In this document: positions 28,339-32,000 of the stretch, one piece after another
Numbering within the stretch: the stretch's first letter is position 1
Layout of the letters: each line of letters starts with the position of its first letter
From: Candidatus Altimarinota bacterium
Lineage (GTDB): Bacteria > Patescibacteriota > Gracilibacteria > UBA1369
Assembly: GCA_041659405.1 (NCBI GenBank)
Contig: JBAZYK010000001.1
Location: forward strand, 203,047 to 235,046
Length of the DNA: 32,000 nucleotides
Direction: 5' to 3'
Notes under the pieces: generated by a model
The model's input: the letters and a program-made list of their open reading frames with translations, nothing else
The model's database searches: none
What the model was told of the DNA's origin: nothing
Made by a program: the position numbers and the translations under genes

Positions 28339-28590
28339 TTAATGCGATAATCGGTCTTCCCGTTGAAGTTCCACAGCTGTTTTCTTAATTTTAGGTTGAT
28401 AATGTTTGGCTATATTATCCCAAAATCCGCTTACCTCTTCTAAAGTTATGGTTTCTTTTTTTTCAAGATTTTTCTCGATCAATTCAGCAATGAATTTGCT
28501 TCTTTTGTTTTTAGGAATGTTGATTTCGAGCTTCCTAATTATAGTTTTTGGAATGGAGAAGGTTACTCTCTGAACATTTTTTAAAGCCAT
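28339..28590 (-). CDS. vapB: Ribbon-helix-helix antitoxin (VapB/CopG-like)
   Basis: This is an 83-aa ORF. The N-terminus VTFSIPKTIIRKLEINIPKNKRSKFIAELIEKNL shows an RHH pattern. It lies immediately upstream of vapC. Confidence 0.75.
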   Translation of the reverse strand: MALKNVQRVTFSIPKTIIRKLEINIPKNKRSKFIAELIEKNLEKKETITLEEVSGFWDNIAKHYQPKIKKTAVELQREDRLSH

Positions 28591-28594
28591 AAAA

Positions 28595-28649
28595 AGTTAC
28601 GTAAGTTTTATTACGTAACTATGATACTTGATTTAAAATTTATATTCAA
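28595..28649 (-). promoter_or_regulatory. vapBC promoter (TTGAAT-N17-TATCAT on the minus strand) with twin TTACGTAA palindromes as candidate operator
   Basis: On the minus strand the -35 is at 28644-28649 and the -10 at 28621-28626, with a 17-nt spacer. TTACGTAA occurs at 28597-28604 and 28611-28618 within the 10-bp inverted repeat AGTTACGTAA/TTACGTAACT, between the -10 and the vapB ATG. Confidence 0.5.
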
Positions 28650-28680
28650 GAAAAAACATATCAAGTTTTGAAATCGCGTT

Positions 28681-28843
28681 CTGTGCGCGCGCACAAGGCG
28701 GCAGACTTGTGGCCCGCCGTTATCGTACACTTTTACGCTGTTATCACGCACTTTTGTTCGTATAACAAAAAACTCCGGCACTGGAGCCTCGAATAGTGGC
28801 TTATCACCGCAGAGATGGGTCTAGGGCCTGCGATTATGCGTAC
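28681..28843. repeat. Copy A of a GC-rich non-coding structured element of about 170 nt (unknown family; candidate ncRNA, structured terminator or recombination site)
   Basis: An ungapped 124-nt core (28719-28842) matches 31166-31289 at 93 of 124 positions. It contains hairpins at 28740-28766 and 28808-28832 and the palindrome TGTGCGCGCGCACA at 28683-28696. It has no ORF, and it is GC-rich relative to the AT-rich flanks. Confidence 0.8.
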
Positions 28844-28857
28844 CTTTCTTTTCTTAA

Positions 28858-29443
28858 TTAATGATGCTTTTTGAGCTTCTCCTTTTTAGCCCTCTTTAGG
28901 TATTTCATAACTAAAGCCTTTTGATCTTTATTTGCAGCACGAACAACAGGCTTTAGCAGCTTCTTTAAATCCTTAAACGGTAATTCTAATAGTTGTGTTA
29001 GGCTCATATGAGTTTCTCTAAGGTTGTTTTACTGTACTTGAAATTCCTTTTTCATTTTTTCAACATTTTCTTTCGCATTAAAAAAAGCATCAATAAAGGC
29101 CTCTTTAGGAATATATCTGCCCTCCACTTTTTCTCTGATTTGTGTGAATTTCCATGCAATCAAAGGATCTTGGTAAATGTAGAATATCGCAACCTTTCGC
29201 CCCTTGTCCAATGATCTTTTAATATTTTTCTGATATCGTCGGGATCAATCCGTACTACTACTAATTTATTTTTTTTATAAGATTAAGTGAAAATTCCGTT
29301 TTTCCCGCACCTGGACTTCCAGCCATCAAAATAGTTGATGGATCTTCGCTAGGCCTATCACCATGAGGCGGACAAATAAAATCACTCGCAAATTTTGCAA
29401 GTAGATCTTTTGTTTCCTGTTTACAGTCTTTCCCAAAATCCAA
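28858..29443 (-). pseudogene. Zeta-toxin-like P-loop kinase/NTPase gene, disrupted by two frameshifts and one in-frame TAA
   Basis: Piece 1 (29443-29261) carries the Walker A motif MAGSPGAGKTEF. The next frame reads VVVRIDPDDIRKIL. Piece 3 (29211-29029) reads DKGRKVAIFYIYQDP...EGRYIPKEAF. The 49 codons after the TAA at 29029-29031 are in the same frame (MSLTQLLELPF...). The first frameshift sits at an A8 run (plus-strand T8 at 29269-29276). Confidence 0.65.
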
Positions 29444-29555
29444 TTTATGCGATTAACGTTTCATCCAGTTACATACCCGTTACATAAGAATTTGGCTTAA
29501 TTAGAAGGATTTATTCAATTTTCATAAAAAAGCCGAGATCCCGGTTACTTAAAAC

Positions 29556-31004
29556 TTATGCCCAAAAAGGAATATATTTGGCATGTTTTCTTTGCTCTGG
29601 ATCAATTGCCTTTATTAAACCTGCTTCAATAGTATCTGACATTATTCTTGAAGCCATTGGATAGTTATTTTCAGCGATGTTAAATCTATTTCTTAAAGAA
29701 TTATTGGTCATGGACTCATTAGAAATGTACTTTAAAACACAATGCTGATAGCAGGCACGTACCTTATCCTCCTTATTCATGCGAGTTAAATTTTGATAAG
29801 AATACAATGTTATTTTTGTAAATTTTTCTTGTGTTTGGAACTTTGGGCCAGGCAACTGATAAAGTTCAATACTGGTAATGACTTTATCTATGCCACTCCC
29901 ACGTTCTTCACAGATTTTAATCCTTCTCATAAACGCGGCCAATTCTTCATTTCTAGATTGAGGAGTATGATCAATAAATCTTTCTACACTAATCAGCGGG
30001 GCTCCAGGGTTGGTAGTTTCAATCCTGTCTTCAAAAATCTCAATTAGAGGACCTGTTCCCCTTTCGCTAAAATCTTGATGAATAAGAGCATTAGCTATAA
30101 TTTCCCTAAGCGCTATTTCAGGATACATTTTCTTCTCAATTCTTAAGGCCTTCTCAATTTTCTCATCACCGGGTAATTGGTTATTAACGTATTCAATTAA
30201 GCCAGCAAAGCCCACGGCATAGCCATTGTTGCCTTCTTGCTCTTTAATTGTTTGAACCCTGTCTTTTCCTTTGTAAATTATTACTCTTACAGATTTCCTC
30301 CTAATTGTTTCAAAATTTTTGAGATCTTTTGCAAAAAGAAGGGCACCAAGATTGGTAATATCATAATGATCAATATTCTTTTTTATTAGTTTGTCTTCTT
30401 CCATTTTTGTTAAAAATCCATTCGTATCCGATGGCAGTGGCTGATCTGTAAGGGAAAAATATCCAGAATAATCCAATAACTTTAAGACATCCTGAGGTGA
30501 TACGTTAGGTTGAGCAATTTCCTTCTCAAAACTCCTATTGCCACGGTTTAACCAAATTTTCTTTTCTTTTTCGGGAAAATCTTTAAGTTCACGAGTAATA
30601 CTGTTAATCCTCACATATCCTTTATTTTGAAACAATACCGGTCTATCAATTGCAGCAGGAACCTGGAATAAAACTATAAATTTCCCTTGGCACTCAAACT
30701 CATAAATTCTAAAATCCATTTTCGGATTGAGCATTTGAAAAATCCAATGCTCAATAAGTTCATTTCCCCTTTTTTCTTGTTTTGGTCTAAAAGTTGTTCC
30801 AACAATTTGATGGTCATGATCTTTTATTCCAAAAACCAAATAGCCAAAATCTTTTTCTAATAAATTAGCACTATTGGACAAGGCGGATATTCTCTCTCCG
30901 ATCACTTCCGGCTTATAATTATTTTCTTTAAATTCTACCCATTCGGTTTCGCTAGGATAGCTTAACAATTTCAGCAATAGCTCCTGTAATTGAAGAAGAT
31001 CCAT
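29556..31004 (-). CDS. AlbA_2 (Schlafen-like divergent AAA) N-terminal domain protein with a C-terminal HATPase_c_4/RecG-C-like region and winged helix; putative DNA-binding regulator
   Basis: This is an intact 482-aa ORF. The N-terminus SETEWVEFKEN...ISALSNS...GYLVFGI is AlbA_2-like. The C-terminus LREIIANALIHQDF...IEIFEDRIETTNPG...SRNEELAAFMRR...EERGSGIDKV is HATPase_c_4-like. Confidence 0.85.
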   Translation of the reverse strand: MDLLQLQELLLKLLSYPSETEWVEFKENNYKPEVIGERISALSNSANLLEKDFGYLVFGIKDHDHQIVGTTFRPKQEKRGNELIEHWIFQMLNPKMDFRIYEFECQGKFIVLFQVPAAIDRPVLFQNKGYVRINSITRELKDFPEKEKKIWLNRGNRSFEKEIAQPNVSPQDVLKLLDYSGYFSLTDQPLPSDTNGFLTKMEEDKLIKKNIDHYDITNLGALLFAKDLKNFETIRRKSVRVIIYKGKDRVQTIKEQEGNNGYAVGFAGLIEYVNNQLPGDEKIEKALRIEKKMYPEIALREIIANALIHQDFSERGTGPLIEIFEDRIETTNPGAPLISVERFIDHTPQSRNEELAAFMRRIKICEERGSGIDKVITSIELYQLPGPKFQTQEKFTKITLYSYQNLTRMNKEDKVRACYQHCVLKYISNESMTNNSLRNRFNIAENNYPMASRIMSDTIEAGLIKAIDPEQRKHAKYIPFWA

Positions 31005-31117
31005 AATTCTATGCTTATAAAATATTTTTTTGCGCTCAGTTCGCTGCTCAGTTTAATCCATCCACATTACAAAATTCTAAACGGATTGTGAAATCGACAT
31101 AAAATCGTTGAGTCTAT

Positions 31118-31290
31118 CTGTGCCCGTGCACAGGGCAGCAAACTTGTGCCCGGGCACAGAGTTCCGTTATTGTGCGCCATTACGCTGTTATTGCGCACTT
31201 TTGTTCGCATAATAAAAAACTCCGGTGGCGGGGCCTCGAACGGTGGCTTACTGCCGCGGAGGTGGATTTTGCCGCGAGAATTATGCGTAT
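31118..31290. repeat. Copy B of the GC-rich structured element of about 170 nt
   Basis: See copy A. The hairpins are at 31187-31213 and 31255-31276, and there are two TGTGC...GCACA palindromes (31118-31133 and 31145-31158). The overlapping ORFs (79 aa minus, 61 aa plus) have no counterpart in copy A. Confidence 0.8.
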
Positions 31291-31365
31291 TCACCCTCTT
31301 TTTCAACTACCGAGAATTCCTCGATAGTTGATTTTTGATCAACCTCATTGGTGGAGTTGCAGCTT

Positions 31366-31872
31366 TTAAAATATTCTAGCCGCTTCCTCTAAAGCGGATG
31401 TAATAATTTTCTTAAGATCGTCATAATAGCCTTTATCCGCTGAGTTAAGTGCTTTTACATATTTGGTCCGTCCTGATTTCGTCTCTATTTTCAGTTCAAT
31501 AGGCGGAAGATCCAAGTTAAGCAAAATCATATTTATAAGCAGTCTACCTATTCTTCCATTGTAATCCACGAAAGGATGGATCCAGAGGAATCGATGATGC
31601 GCCCAAGCTAAAATCAGGGATCAGGTCGGATCGACCAATAATTCCGAAAGCGGTCTCTTTGTAAGTGGTTTCTCCCTGTTTTTTCCTTAAAATCATTTGC
31701 TCGCAAGCTTATGAAGAATTTTCCTTACCATCAGTGGTGTTGTTTGAGCATTCTCGGTTTTTGTCGTTCTGTAAATCATCTTTATTTCAAAATTATTGAG
31801 ATACGTCTGACGTTCTTTTTTTTGAGCTTTTTGATAATTCTTGAAAGCATGTGCGATTTTTGCCAGTTTCAT
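31366..31872 (-). pseudogene. Fic/DOC-family gene split into three reading frames
   Basis: The Fic motif is read on the minus strand: AHHRFLWIHPFVDYNGRIGRLLINMIL. An in-frame TGA lies 13 codons upstream of the H of HPF. An upstream piece in another frame (ATG at 31696) reads MILRKKQGETTYKETAFGIIGRSDLIPD. A 59-codon piece (31872-31693, MKLAKIAHAF...) ends in an ATGA overlap. Confidence 0.6.
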
Positions 31873-31904
31873 AATATTATAGTTAAATCAAAATGATTAT
31901 ATCA

Positions 31905-32000
31905 GAAAGCGTTTTTGTTTAAAATAAGAAGTCCGGGGGCACTGGATCCGCCCGGTTTAATCCACGCACAGTAAAATTCTACGTCAACGTGACGCTCTAC
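31905..32000. repeat. Possible third, diverged and left-truncated copy of the structured element, running off the window end
   Basis: GCGTTTTTGTTTAAAATAAGAAGTCCGGGGGCACTGGATCC aligns with copy A GCACTTTTGTTCGTATAACAAAAAACTCCGGCACTGGAGCC. Downstream, ATCCACGCACAG aligns with ATCACCGCAGAG. The similarity is moderate and the copy is incomplete. Confidence 0.35.

Noticed and set aside
29521-29550. Intrinsic terminator after the AlbA_2 gene (minus strand CCGGGATCTCGG followed by CTTTTTT)
   Set aside because: The T-run is good, but the stem is only about 3 GC pairs with a mismatch, which is too weak to call.
28681-31290. Integron attC sites (chromosomal cassette array)
   Set aside because: The placement at the 3' ends of same-orientation cassettes is suggestive. 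However, the elements lack the R''(RYYYAAC)...R'(GTTRRRY) arrangement: the GTTAT/ATAAC arms are in the opposite order and do not fit the consensus. They are not globally palindromic, one unit holds several genes, and no intI is visible in the window.
28681-31290. Diversity-generating retroelement template/variable repeat pair
   Set aside because: Differences between the copies are mostly ordinary transitions in both directions, not adenine-specific. Neither copy lies inside a coding region, and no reverse transcriptase is present.
31067-31331. ORFs of 79 aa (minus) and 61 aa (plus) overlapping element copy B
   Set aside because: No equivalent ORF exists in copy A. Substitutions between the copies show no codon periodicity. 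The translations are low-complexity with no recognisable motif.
31600-31700. TGA read as a sense codon (alternative genetic code) to rescue the Fic gene
   Set aside because: TGA terminates clearly delimited genes in this window (alaS, abiEi, abiEii). The Fic pieces are also in different frames, which recoding would not fix.
31927-31945. RNase P RNA (the AGTCCGGG 8-mer resembles the conserved GGAAAGUCCGGGC region)
   Set aside because: The upstream 60 nt are AT-rich and cannot form P1-P3. The following sequence pairs locally (CCGGG...CCCGG) instead of continuing the RNase P core. The segment aligns better with the repeated element.

Overview
This 32-kb fragment comes from a compact, moderately AT-rich bacterial genome. 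Gene content (a DUF4012 protein, a short AlaRS, and many lineage-specific insertions in housekeeping enzymes) suggests an uncultivated small-genome lineage such as Patescibacteria/CPR; this is inference only. Housekeeping genes are mutS (5' end cut by the window edge), mutL, alaS, miaB, eno, an NAD(P)HX dehydratase, pgeF, metK-ahcY and tRNA-Arg(CCU). Between them lie envelope or surface genes: a DUF4012 protein, a 634-aa membrane protein, a 699-aa Ala/Ser/Thr-rich membrane protein, a GT2 glycosyltransferase, and a methyltransferase-like/coiled-coil/GT2 fusion. There are also three intact toxin-antitoxin modules: abiEi/abiEii, hicB/hicA and vapB/vapC. The most unusual region is the right-hand 4 kb (27.9-32.0 kb). 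All its genes are on the minus strand, and two toxin-type genes (a zeta-like P-loop kinase and a Fic gene) are broken by frameshifts and stop codons. Each gene block is followed by a copy of a GC-rich, non-coding element of about 170 nt. There are two clear copies (28681-28843 and 31118-31290), 75% identical over an ungapped 124-nt core, and a probable third copy running off the window end. Two hairpins in the element are preserved by compensatory substitutions between copies, which suggests a structured RNA or a structured recombination or terminator site that I cannot assign to any known family. Other noteworthy items are a near-perfect 80-nt hairpin upstream of the GT2 gene, an in-frame palindromic repeat insertion inside ahcY, AATTNCG heptad repeats after two genes, and several palindromic operator candidates. 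I saw no CRISPR array, rRNA, transposase or integrase.
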